NCBI GenBank assembly: GCA_046563655.1
Contig: CM102286.1
Coordinates: 7,006,001-7,070,000 of the forward strand
DNA length: 64,000 nucleotides
Source: Yuukianura sp. NJ FZ-2021
Lineage: Eukaryota
Direction: 5' to 3'
The notes under the pieces are model-generated. The model was not told where the DNA came from, did no database searches, and saw only the letters and a list, made by a program, of their open reading frames with translations. The position numbers and the translations under genes are program-made. Of this stretch, positions 1 to 13,100 are shown one piece after another; position 1 is the stretch's first letter; the number at the start of each line of letters is the position of its first letter.

Positions 1-1235
1 ATTTTCTTCTAAAATCGAAAACACATTTTCATTTCAACCTCCACATCCTTTGAGATGAACCTCATCTTTTGTCTTTTGTTGAATCTCTCCTCCAATTGTG
101 AAGACTTTGGAGGAAATTAGTTTCCCTTTAATCTTTAAGCAGAACATCATTTTTTCTTCAAAGTTCTTTGTCCCTCGTGTGTCTGGATTGTGTATTTAAG
201 TTTAAGTGGTTGGCAGCGTGAGAATGCAAATTTTAAGTCCCTCGAGCTCAAGAAGAAAAAAGACGCTTGTCCATTGTTTGTCATGCCAAAGACGCTTTGA
301 CACCGGACACAAAATAAACTTCACTCAAACCACGTCATTAAACTTCTTCAGCCTCCTACGCTTCTTAAGGAAAACAATGGAAAGACACTTATAAGTCCAA
401 TGTTACATGCATTTTTTAAGGATGGGCTGGAGGACACAACAATCATGGGATTTAAACTTAAAAATAATTGGTTCAATGGAAAAGGAAATTCAAAATTGGT
501 TACAGTTTTGATGTTTTGTTTCTGGGTTTGTAAAACTTTAAAAAGTTTGTAAAATTTTTTTAGAAACAAAGTGAAAGTTAGGGTGGGCGTGAAAAATACA
601 ATTAAGGATTCAATTGAACCAAACTCATTTTCTCTGTCCATGGGAACTTTTTTTTCAATTACAAAAGAGGTTTACTTTTTCAACGTAGCATGAAATTTAA
701 AAGTTCTAATTAAATCGTTAGTCTTGGTTGGATTCGTTCCATCGTTCCTGCTACCAAGCTTTCACTTTCATTTTCTCTGGAGACATTTACAATGGACTTC
801 ATGGAGTCTATGGACATTTCCAACACTGTTGTATGTACACATAAGTTAGGAGAAAAAGCATTGATTAGATTACTTCCAAAACCTCGGAACTGTGCTTCCC
901 CCTAAGGTTCATCGAGCGTCACTTTATCGCTTACGTGGCAATTACACATCAAATATGGATAAGGGCCTAATTAATATACCTACTAAAGTGCTAGGACTTT
1001 CTCCCGCAAAATTTCAAACCACTCCAGCCTTGCCACCACCACGCACCACCAGGATTTGAAATTAGAAATTCCGGGAGAGACCTCATTTCTTCGGTTCAAC
1101 CAACATTTCCTATTCTGCCTCTGTTTGCCTTGTTAACCCCACTTTCACTTCACTTTCTCCACTGACTCAGTTCTACTTTGACAAACAAATGCCTAGGCTG
1201 CAGTTCAAGTCAATTTAATGCCATGTCGAGTATTT

Positions 1236-1409
1236 GGACGTTTCTGGACGGTGGCTCATGAACCAGTATGATCATGGAAAGTGCACTTGGCTTACCTGTT
1301 ACTTTCATCGATGCGTGAATTAGGCTCTGTAGGAATCATAACGGTACAATTTAAAAGTCCAGTAAGCCCGGGTCTTCAGTAGCGCGTAAATGGCCGTCCA
1401 GAAACGCCC
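1236..1409. repeat. 16-bp inverted repeat (arms 1236-1251 and 1394-1409) bracketing a candidate 31-nt exon
   Basis: ggacgtttctggacgg (1236-1251) versus ccgtccagaaacgccc (1394-1409): 15/16 complementary. The single mismatch is a G-U wobble on - strand RNA. Extending outward to ~23 bp adds only transition differences. Confidence 0.6.
1296..1326 (-). other. Candidate 31-nt internal coding exon (phase 1 in, phase 2 out; EPNSRIDESN[R/S])
   Basis: Minus strand reads ttatgattcctacag|agcctaattcacgcatcgatgaaagtaacag|gtaagc, with canonical acceptor and donor. Entering it in phase 2 gives an immediate TAA. No homology recognised. Confidence 0.35.
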
Positions 1410-1928
1410 GGGCATTGCCTAGGGAAGTTGAAGTTCCAACTTTACAATGTCCGGAGGTGGAGTACGGATGCGTGATTTATATAAAATTGACTAATTAAAT
1501 TTCCCACTTCCTATGGAAGCAGGCTGAGAGTTTTATGGGCCAGAACAGCCTCCTAATACGCATGTCGATTGATTAGCCCTAGTCTATTGCGAAGTCGAGA
1601 TTTTGCAAAGTTTCCATTTTATGTAAATAGTACACGGGTCTCTGCGTCCATTGATGGACCAACTAAACAAGTTTCCAAAAGTTCATTAAACAGGGAATCC
1701 TCCTTTCCACGTGTGGCCAACTATTGCATGTGTGAGGCCAAAGGAGGAAGTAGAGACAACGTGACCTAAGGGGTCAAGGGAAACCTTTCCCCATTGTTCT
1801 CTCCCACAAGAGGCAATTATAGTCATGCTGTGAGAAGACAGGCCACATAGGATCTTGTGCCAAATGCATTTAGGTGAATCAATTTGAAATGACATGGGAT
1901 CTGTCATGTCATCATGTCCACAACTCAC

Positions 1929-2159
1929 CTTTCTGTATGGATATTTTCATTCATGCGAGGGATCATGGGCTTTTGGCCTGGGCCTCATCTAATCCCAGTT
2001 GTTACAAAGGCTTAAACCACAAAAATGGGGACCCCAGCAACAAGTAAATTGCATTTTCCTGACTTCTACTTTTGCCAAAGTGTCATTCACATTCCACTTT
2101 AGGTTTTTCGCGCTCTCTTCCTTCGCCTCTCTCACGCTCACTTTGGCACAGAAACGACT
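1929..2159 (-). other. Candidate alternative first exon P3 (Inr near 2159; ATG 1966; MIPRMNENIHTE, phase-2 donor)
   Basis: Inr-like CCAGTCGTT at ~2159, GA-rich leader, strong donor aag|gtgagt at 1928. Confidence 0.3.
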
Positions 2160-5100
2160 GGTCAGAAATTAATCTTTGGTCGAACTCTCCATGTTCTTGA
2201 CCGGAAAACATTTCCTATCGCTTGGCCAGGAACATGGCGGGAATTCGGATATTGGATTTTTCCTTGGCCTGGAAGTGGAATTTGGAAAAAAAATCTTCCA
2301 AGAATAAGGACGCTAAGAGTGTGCAGTCGAATGTGACGGAGACCAGCATACTAAACTTTGCTTCTGTTCCAAAATGGACCCCAAAGTCTCAATTTTGTCC
2401 TTAGACGTCTTATAAGGTGGCAAAGACCTTAAGCAATGTAAGCATTAGGTAGGTATTAAGGTCCACTGGAAGGTATTCCAAATGACTTCCAATTTGAGTC
2501 TACTTTTAGAGTTACAAGGCGAGGTGGGCTTAAAGTGGAACCTAAATTACAGACCTACCACCAATTTTTGCACCTAACAAAATCGTAACAGACCATTTAC
2601 GAGAGTAATAAGAAGAGCATTAAAAAGTCCACGTAATGCTCCATGCCTTTGGTCGTAATGACTCGTTCTGGCCAGTTTGGACACAACTAAAATTGTCATC
2701 ACTTCCCTTCCGTCTGTAAGGTCTACTTTAGTTTTTTCTCGAGTCATCTTTAAATTCATAACGCCAGACAAAATTGTTTTGAAGTTCGAGTTAGTCCATG
2801 TTCGTAGTGACAACAGAAAAAATCTCGTCATTTCAAAACTCGTTATAAAATCTATTCTTCCCGCCCCAAATCAGTGTGTAAAAACCACAGAATGAAGAAA
2901 AAACTGAGAAAAATAAATGCGAGAGAGTAAAGTCCTTTACAGATTTGTTTTTGTGGTGTTTTGGTACGTGCCCCTCTTAAGGAAGGCAGTTATTGCAATT
3001 CCCATGATCACGATCATAGGAAGTAAACCACAAGGGAAGAAGTTGTTACATGTTACGAAAGACAGACAGAGGACATGGTTACTACACTGCTACTACTAAA
3101 TTAGCATTTCCCCTTAAACTTCTGCCAACAAATTGGAAAACTTTGGCAATTTAGTTCAACCCTACAGATATTGCAAATGTAAAATCCAAGTAAAAACGGA
3201 AAAATACTTTCTCTTCAAAAATCTTAATAAATTACAAACAACGACTTGCTCAAAATTACTCACAGGGAACAGAACCGCACGACGTGTATAATGAAAACCC
3301 TAAAACTTGAAAGTTGCCGCCTACACGATTTGTTTTACTTTCCAAAACGTTCTTGTACCTTGAAATTGTTAGTGCAAGTGCAACAGGATTAATTTGAACA
3401 TTTTAGAAGTAAAAGCTTAAAGGTTGTGCTGCCAGCAGAGAAAAGGAGCAGAATCACATTAAGGAGGGGCTTACACCAAATAAAATTTAGTAAAGACGAA
3501 TGGCACGATTAAATTCAATTAGTCACCCTAAAAGTCATTGGATAGAAAAACTGCCCTCAAAGCAGTTTTGTCCACCTCTGCTTCAGGTTTCTGCTTAAGC
3601 TTAACTTTCCTAGATCCCTGATTCATTTACACACTTTACTTTCCCATTAAATCATTTAGCTCTAGGTATCTAAGTTGGTCAAAATCGGATTATTGGCTTA
3701 AGTCGGAAGTGACACATCATAGGCACTAAAACATCCTTTTGTCCTCGCTCTCCCCTAAATCTCTACCATGGTTTCTAATTTGGGCATCCGATTATCACTC
3801 CTGGGAATAAAGTGTAATTTGACACCACTGCGGTAAAAGACTCACGTTGGGAAGAGACATACCTAAAAGTCAGCATCCGGCTAAATGAGAGCGGATTATC
3901 CAAATTCAAAATGGACATTGGGGAAATAATCGTTTTCTTGTGCTCACACCCTACCTTATGTCTCATCATTTTTCTTGTTGTTAATTACCCACAACCCGCC
4001 TACCCAATCCTATTCTCTTGGCTTACACTTACGACAAGATTTCTAAGCCAACGAAGTATTTATGATGTGACGCTTCCTTTAGTCTTGAAACCTCTGTGTA
4101 ATTTATGGCGAAACACTAAGAGAATTTTTGCGAAAAGGCTGCTATAACTAGTACTAGAGCTGAAGAGTGGTGTGTGTTATGGCGGGAGAATTCAAAGTCT
4201 TAAATCTTTTTGCCTAAATACTTTTAGTGGATTAGGAAGGAGTGTATGAAATAACTCATCGGGCTTGCATTACTTTTCTGTCATCTTCTCCCGGGTTCTA
4301 AAAGATCCTCATCTTATGAAATATCTGCACACTTTTTTCAAAAGTGGTTCTCCAAGCATTCCAGTGGGAAATGGGCCTAAAGTTGCTGATCTGCGTTGCG
4401 AATATTCTTGAAAGAGCGGCCCTAAAGTATGAGAAGCGGAAGGGAAATGAGTCCTAAAAGGAAGAGAAGGCCCTTGAAATTCTCGCTGACGCTCGAGCGC
4501 TACTGCTAAATAATTCGGAGCACTCCAAAACCATGTTCCATTTCTAAACTGTAACTGCAAACTTTTGTAGCACCCACAAGAAAAGCGGCCGTCCACAGAA
4601 TTTCAATAACCGAGGAAACTGAAATTTTGGATTGAAGCCAAAGCATTTAGCAGAGAAAAAAGACAATGTTTGAAAATGAGGTTTAAAAATTAAAATGGGA
4701 AGTTCTTTTAGTCTGTTGGCTACGATGACAAAATGGCCTCATGAGAAGAAGCAGTTAGGACGCCGTTAACCGTTATAAAAAAAAAGTTAGGCCTTCTTTC
4801 AAGATGGATTTTTATCCGGAGCAGTGGCTCTGTCAATGCTACAAGGCAATTCGGCACTTTTTTTACTCGTATTATGGCGTTAGTGCTCTACATTATAACA
4901 TTTCTAAAGTAGAAACCCGTTTTGCAAATTTTATTACTCCGTTTTTATGTTGACAAAACGTGTTGAGGTGGCTGAGGAAAAACAGAAACGGAGGAAAACC
5001 CAAGAAAAAAAAATGGGGAAGCTTTAATACAAAAATTACGACGCAGTCCGTGCTACCCTTACTTAACCTACATAATCCCACTCTGATTTTTATTGGATTT

Positions 5101-8100
5101 CTTTTTCGAAAATCATTTGGAAAACTCCCGCTGTTGATTGAAAGCAGACACGACCTCTTCATGTGCCTTCCTGAAATTTTCTCGAAATTTTCTTCCAATT
5201 ATTAAATTTCCGAATCTCTTGGCGAATCGTTTTTAGTAAAGTGATTGGATTCACAAGGCCTAGCGTGATAAAAGCCAAGATTTTCATGTGAGCTAAGTAC
5301 TCGGAAACTGTCTTCTGATTTTCCTTTCATAATACATTTTGACACCAAAATTGAGAAAATTAAGGAGAGTTTTCAGAGTTCAAAAAAATTATATTAGGGA
5401 GCTGTCATTTTCTTAATTTGAAAACAAGTCTTTAGCAAATTCAGCCTGTTTTATTTGCGATTGCGAAGCATTGGATAAGCGAACCAAGATGCAAAGATAG
5501 CTTGAGGCTAAAAAGTGCTTTTGAGCAAATGGTGTATGCCAGTCAGGAAAGAGAGGATTAATGTTCCACGGTCAAAGTCAAGTTGGAGTCAAGAATCAAG
5601 AATGGTCATTGTTAGGCTTAGGATTCCCTCTGCTATGAGCCAAACAATAAGGCGACAGGTGAGTTTCTGCGTGTGTAATTCCCTAAAGTTGATTGAGCAG
5701 CGAAATCTTCCGTGTAGTTTTTCTGTGGCCAGTGCCAATGAACTCATTACATTTGCCAATTGCGTTTCTCGAAGCCTCGTAGCATGCTAAAGGAATTATG
5801 ATCAAGAGTCCATTCAACAATGGGACAGCTTTATATTCTTTTCCTCGGGGCAAAATAAATACTCTCAGTTCCTGTTTTCAAAAAATATGCCATATGCCTC
5901 GTACACATTATCGAGCACCAGGCATACTTTCATTATCGGCTAATAATTCTTTGGTCCAAGGCGTCTAATGAGCCAATTCTTTTTCCAAAGTCTAATTGAC
6001 AGCTCACAAAGAAGATTTGGGAATTTGCTGAACAAACACTTTGAAAACTGCGAAGAGAGAAAGATGAGGGCAGTGAATGGGAAAATAAATAAAGTGAAAT
6101 TCTACACTTCAAGAGAAGTGCGATACCCGGATTTCGCAAAGAAAACACATTTTCGGGCTATCTACAATTTATTAGCTCAGAGCAAGGTGCCAAAAAACTC
6201 CATCAACTTCCCATAAAAATACGGAACAAGAGCTCCGACGTGTGAGAATTCCGAAACCCAGATTTCTTCTGCTTAATGACACATGCTTAAATAATTTATT
6301 TGGTACTGAAAAACTAAACCTTTTTAGAAAAATCTATTTTAGACAAACTCGATGTAAAGAATTGATGTCTAGAGAATTAATTTCCTTTTTTGAAAAATGG
6401 AGCGAAGAGAAACAGAGACAGGATTTTAGTAGCATTTTTACGGCTTCAGTAAAAAAAAAGTTTGGGCGTGGTAAAGTAGTGCGATCCAATTTTTGTATAA
6501 TTGTAACCTGTCTTAAATGTCACTAGGTTGTGTCGAATCCACTTTGACTTGACTTTCTAACGGTGTTTGATGAACGAATAAATTTTCCTTGCATGAACTT
6601 AAAGCGGCTCTGACCAGAAGCAAGAACAGCCATGACCAATTTTTGTCAAGGAAAAAATTATGCAAAGCGACATCTCTGAATCAGGCCAAACTTTTAAATA
6701 TGGACCACTTCTTGCATTTTTTTATTCAACAAAAGCTGATCTGTCATCTCCTTTCAGTTGAACTAATCATGACTATCAATGAGTGTGAATTGGTTTAAGA
6801 GCTGCTAAAGAAATTCAAAAGTCAAAATCTGTCACTACCACTATTCTCTTGATCTTGTTACGAGAAGATCCAAATCTGAATCTGATTCAAACCGTAGCGG
6901 AAACAACTAGATCAAGCTCCATTCTTCCTCTCGTCACGTTTTCCAAAAGAGAATAAATATTCGTTGGAAATGGGCCAATTGACTCTTGCAAGAAAATTAT
7001 GCATCATTACACTTGATTTCATTCCGTTCAAGTGTAACACTGACGCTCAAATCCTTTAGTGTCCATTCTATGACACTTCCTGATCATATCATCACCTTTA
7101 CTTTGTCATTAGTCTTCCGCTTAATACTTGAGCAGACGCAGAGGTTACACTAAAACCAAGAATAGTCAGACGTTAAAGAAAAGTCTCATCTTCGGCTTAA
7201 TTACAGCCTCAAGGTGAGACTTGATCTGAGACTTTGATAGGAGGGATTTGGAAGATCGGAGACAAGAAAATAGACTTTCTTGTTCCGAAATTCATTAAAA
7301 ATGTGCTTGGAGGCCTAAGAAAAGTAATTAAGAAAAGTCAAGCACGTACTCATCTATGAAAGAATCGGTGGAGATGAGGACTGTAACCGTTGAAGGACCA
7401 GAGTTTGACGAACCAAGTCCCACTTTTGAGCCATTGAGTTTAGTCAAATATTTATACTTGGCGGCAGGAGTAACGCTATTTGAAGAAGTAAGAAGTGGAA
7501 TTGCAAAAGTTCCCTCCCACCTTATTATTGGTTTCTTTAATTTCTATTGTCAACGTCACTTGAAGCATGAAGTGCAGGAACGCTAAAGTCCATTAGGGAA
7601 TTAGCATCTGTGATCTTTAATTCATGAGTTCAACGCCAGGCCTAGCTTTACTTAAACCCAACGCAGACGCAACAGTAACCTCAATCTCGGCTCCAACTTT
7701 TTTGCACAAATAAGGAGAGAAAATGTTCAAAAAAGAGGAGCTGTGTAATTTATTCATTCATTCAAAACTTAAAAATATTAACACTTTGTTTAAGAGGTCA
7801 AAAAACTGGTGCTGCGTTTTTTCAAGTTGTTCAAACAGAAAAAAAGTAACGGAAACGAGTTTCTTGAAGAAAGGCGTTAGTATTGGAAGAGTAATTTTTT
7901 TTCATGATTCTTTCCGATCATAAATTTATGTTGCATTGTTTTGGAAAACGAATTTGCTGTTTTTGTTTACGTCGACCAATGAAAAACTAACGGCACTTTA
8001 TCAGTCATTAACAATTATTACCTTGGTTTTGCTCTCTATTGTTATTGCCAAAAATAGTGTAATCTTTAACTCCCAATTGTCGCACAATGCGAATTCGCGG

Positions 8101-10071
8101 AGTAACGACAAATGAAATGGAAAAACATTTAGTTCGTATCACGCCGTAATTGTCGAAGCTGTTATACAGAACACATAACACATACGCCTCTTCCGCATGC
8201 GCAAGTCATCAACAATTTTTTCTTTTAACTAAAGACGCTTTTTTATTTTATAGTTTTGTGATACAATCAATTAATCACTCACGTTAACCATCTATCTTCA
8301 CCTGGCCATTGAATACAATGGGATAAATGGAAAGGACAAAAGGCGGGGTCAAAGTACTGTTACCTCTTTGTGTGGCTAACTGGAATGTGTTACGTTGCGA
8401 ATCTACACTTCTTGCAAAAATCAAAATGTGGGTTCAAAAATGCCGCGAGGGCCAGTTTGGTCTGCATAAAGAAGTTGCTTGAGAGACTCGTTGAGACTAG
8501 GTTAATCGTCATCTTGACTCTGAAACCACTTTGGATCTTGAGAGATTCGATTATGGTTGGGTATTAGTTTGGTGTTGCGTAGGTTTGAACGCATAATTAT
8601 GACTTCAACTCTAACGGTAAAGGCAGCTTTTGTCTCTTGAGGGAGGAATTTATTAAACACAGATCCTTACAAGCTAAAGATCTGTTCATCCCGGGGTGAT
8701 GACACACTTTGTAAATGCAAACACAGGTGAAATCTTCACTTCAACTGACCACTACATTGGTTCACTTCCATTATACTACATAGATACATTGTAAGTTATA
8801 CTAGTTTGACCTCTGACCTTTTGCTTAGTTTCCTTTTTGGCAGCCCTGACCTTACTAATTTTCAATGCCCCTGAGCCCAATGAACAAATAATGCTCGAAC
8901 ACAATAATAGCATGATTTAAGCGTAACCTAACCCAATGTTGAGCAAAAGTTTGAAAATTTATAAGAACTTTTGAAAGTCAATGTCAAAAGCAAACGTAAA
9001 TTCAGAAACAAGCACCAATAGCGAAAGTTTTGGAAAATTTTGACGCTTTCAGACCCTGTAATTTAGTGGATTCAGCTTTATGAGTAATCGATAAAGTTCA
9101 ATTTGGAAAACTGTGAAAACTTCGAAGAAACGATTAAACTAAATAATAAAGTAGTGTGAGAAATACTTTCCGTGCTAACCTCCAATTGTGATTGGGTGGA
9201 CCATTTGCCATTCGCAAATAATTGGCCAAGAAGTTCCGTTATTTTTTGAGTTGCGACTCAAGACATGGACTGTCTTTAATTGGAGAGTGCTTCACTTGAA
9301 TGACTCTAACGTTATGCCCTGTACTAACCTTAATTAAATTTTAAAAAAAGTTGCTGACATTTCCGAAGGATGAGTTATGACTCTCACGCATTAACTGCGG
9401 GAATGCGCAATGATTTAAACCAGGTTGCGCAGACATCTCAAAGGGCTTTTCGCAAATTTAAACTGAAGGCGGCCAATGAACTTTTCCTATCATTTTGCCA
9501 AAATTGATCCATTTCGTTTCGTTTCATCGCCTCTCTCTACTTATTGAGAAGGCTGAGTGCCTTTATGCGAACTGAGATTTGCAGCCTGTTTACAGTTACC
9601 CGCAGAATCCTCTTACTTTTCATTTAATTGCCTGCGCTACTACACTATATACCGCTTACTCCACTCCCACGTTCACAATAATCCTAATGTGAATTTTTTC
9701 CAGTTCCAAAGCCTCAAGCAATGCGCGAAAATGCAAAATGTAGCGTTAGATTTTCCTGCATTTAAAGTTCCATATTGCCAAGAAAGAAGCACAGAACGCT
9801 ACACTAACATAGAATCGCATTATTACCATCAAGTTGTTGCTTAGGGGCAAAAGCGGCTCATAAGCAATCTGGGTTCTGCAAAAAACGGGTTAAGTAAACA
9901 TGTAATTCTACAAACCCGACGTATACTATATACCCTTAAACTCAATTCAGCTTTCCCTCCATTTTTCTTTACATTTCCTTCCTCGGAAATTTGAAAATAT
10001 GAGCCAAGTACACGGCTTTCCATTTAAAGAAAAATAACAAAAGTAAATTTTGAAGAGAGGAAGTCCGAGCG

Positions 10072-10138
10072 GAGGGAAATAATAAAAGTTTTGTATATGC
10101 GCAGACGAGGGAAATAAAAAATTTTCTGCGCAGACGAG
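10072..10138. repeat. Short imperfect tandem duplication (35- and 29-nt units, gagggaaataa...tgcgcagac)
   Basis: gagggaaataataaaagttttgtatatgcgcagac / gagggaaataaaaaattttctgcgcagac / gag read directly. Confidence 0.7.
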
Positions 10139-13100
10139 ATGTCTAATCCGGTTGCAATTTCATTTTTGCTAAAGAAACGTGACTTTTCCACAAGGAAGGG
10201 AATGATGAGACATTGTCTTCTTTCTGTCTTTCATAAAGATTCGCAATGGATGCGCATTTGTGAAGACTCAAGAGACTATGAAGAGTCATTTGGAAATTTT
10301 GGAAATAAGGAAACAAAAGTTATGCCATCAGGAACTCAACGAGGCAAATCCAAGTTCAACGACAAAGGCAATACAAAATTTCCGTAGTTTTCATGTTTTG
10401 TAAAAAAAGGAAATTGAAAATTCAAGTTTCATTAAACATCATTTTGAATCCAAAATGGCAGTCAACAAAAAACTAACATTCAAAACATCCACAATTCTAA
10501 CGTATGGGTTGAGTGGGTACTCAACTGAGTGTGAATAATTTCTCACCTAATTAATTACTACTGTTTGGGACATAAAAAACTAATCATTTCCTACAAATTG
10601 GCACCAGTTGCAGTTTATTCCCACGACAAAATGTGACCATGTGGATATTTTGCGTAATAAAAAATTGCGCAAATCCCAATTCGTCAAAGGTTCAAACGAA
10701 TATTGAAGTTGGCAAACATGGGAAGTTTACTTATTTTTGTCTATTCACTTGGGAGAATATCAAATTAAGTTAGTGTTTTCTTCCAAGAAAACAATTTTCA
10801 CACAACTTCACACTTGGTTACAGAGTCTATAAATTCACAAACGCTCAACTTCCAAATAGAATTTATCACCGGATGCCATCCGCTTGCTAAAACATCCTGC
10901 TTTTCAAGAAATTTGCAAAAATTTGTGGAAACACAAGTAAAAGAAACATACGAAGAAGGGAATGATGGTTGGATAGCGTTATCAGAGTTATGATTATGAA
11001 AAATCGTAAAAATTCTTCTTTTTTTAAAAATGTTGGTTTCCCCTGCTGGTTTAGCCAGTTTTAGTAGAAACGGGCGAAACCTGACATGGCAAGAAAATAA
11101 GACTCTTTTTCCCAAAGTCGTTTTTATTGTTATTTGTGATGCCAATGAAACAGCAGCAACTCCCTGCAACTACTTCATCCTCGCCCATCCCTAGCTTTTA
11201 GAAAAGATATGTTTTTAAGAAGATATGTTAAACGTAGGGAATCTTGCTGGGCTACATTTGACTCTGACTAGGGAACATGACCTGTTCTCTGTAGGGACTT
11301 GAGGATGGGGTTGAAAGGTGTGAAAAGTAGCCTCTCCATAAACAATTCCCAATTTCTGGAACCCATTTTCAATTTAAATTTCACTTTTCACGTTTTTTTA
11401 GGTGAAGTTTTAAAAGCTTAATCCCTCTCGATTCCATTTTATGTGAAAAAGTAACATTAGAAAACAAGTTCCAGGAACATGTTGGGAGTTGGACATTATT
11501 TTGGGTGTTACAAGATGAAACGCCTCCGCTTGGTAGCAAATCTTTCGAGTCATAAACATTTTAAAAGCGCACGGGCAGTGTTATGTGCTTGTAGTTACTT
11601 CGGCGGATAGCTTCAAGTATTTCATCGAGTGTCAGGAGGGCTTGAAAGCCTTTTTGGAAATGGCGTATTGGAAAATATCATTCAACGCCAGATCGTAATT
11701 CTAAAAAAATTGAAAATCTTGTGAACTACTTTCTCCTTTCTCTTTCCACTCTCAAGTTTGCCCACAAAAGAACATCCTGAAATCCTAACTTTACTTGCAG
11801 TGCAGAGAGAGCTGTGGTTTTGGTTGGTTTGGCTGCTCTCTGAGGTGAAGAATGCAATTGGATTGATATTTTGAGCAGATGCATCAATCTCAATCCAAAC
11901 AATCAATCACATGCTTTTTACCACCCAATCCCAACTAACCTGGAACTTCCATTTACGTCCAAGAATCTTTAAAAACTAGAGTGAGAAATTTTGAGTACAA
12001 CCACTCTTCACCTGGACTGCCCTTTCCATTTTACTTTTTCTAAAAAAGTGTGTAAAGTTGAACAATGGAAAGTCGAACACCACCCCTCCAATTACATGTT
12101 AGTTGAACTCTCAGCGTTTCCTTGGAAGCTACTTTTGTCCATAGTCGCATATCTAATCCAGTCCAGCACATATATTATTCATCACGCCTTCTTTTTCCTA
12201 CTGAAGTTGGAAGAAGGGTGGGAAGCCTTAAAATCCATTTCTAGAGTGCATTGATAATGTTCTTGTGGCCCTTAAAGGAGCTTACAAAGTTTCCATCAAT
12301 AAATTACGTCTGGTAGTGGTGGTAGTGGTTTGGAAGTTCCAAGTCCAACGCCTTGCCCTGCTCCATCATCAGAGTTGAAATGCCTCTCTTTCTGTGCCTT
12401 TTGAACCTTAGGAAATATGGTATAAGTTAGGTTTTTGGCTTCGGATTCTAGCGGCTCATCATAACTCAGAACTCGCAAGAATTTTCTCCCAAGAAGAAAG
12501 GGTTTCAATTTCATGGAATCACGCTCAGCTCGTTAGCATCTCTTTGAAAATCAAGACGGATGGAATCACCACATGCATTTTGGCCTAGCACACGTTTTGG
12601 AAGCTCCTGGAGAAGCTGAGGTTCGCATTCTAAATGCTGGTGTTTGGGACCCTTGAAGTACCCAAGCGAACTGATTCCTCTCGGAAGTGGAGCCCTTAAC
12701 TCAAAATCCCCTTTGGACCAATCCCAAAGCTTCTCTAAGGTTTGAAAAAAGTACAATCAAAACAACAATGGATCAAAATTCATTAAAAGTAGTTAGGGCC
12801 CTGCAACTCATTACTGTGGACAGACAGGTAGGGATGGAAGAAAATCTACGAGATCTTCCCCTTAACTTAAAAAAAGCAGCAGCAGGAGGATGAATTTCAG
12901 ATTGAACTTGAGATTCTCTCCCTAACGCTTACTACAACTCTCACAAGTGCCTCTCACACCCTATCAGCCTCTTATCCATCAATTAACATTACAAATTAAA
13001 AGTGTCCATCAAAGTCCTTTGTGTTATGGAGTACAACTGGCCGCTTCAAAACTTTTTGGAAATGAAATTTCTCTGCCTCGAGGGAAACATATACCTTAGC

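Noticed and set aside
6849..6916. Possible pre-miRNA hairpin (cttgatcttgtt ... aactagatcaag)
   Set aside because: Only the 12-bp base pairs, and the interior does not form a long stem.
10798..11169. 123-aa - strand ORF
   Set aside because: Non-ATG start, no recognisable domain, no convincing splice boundaries.
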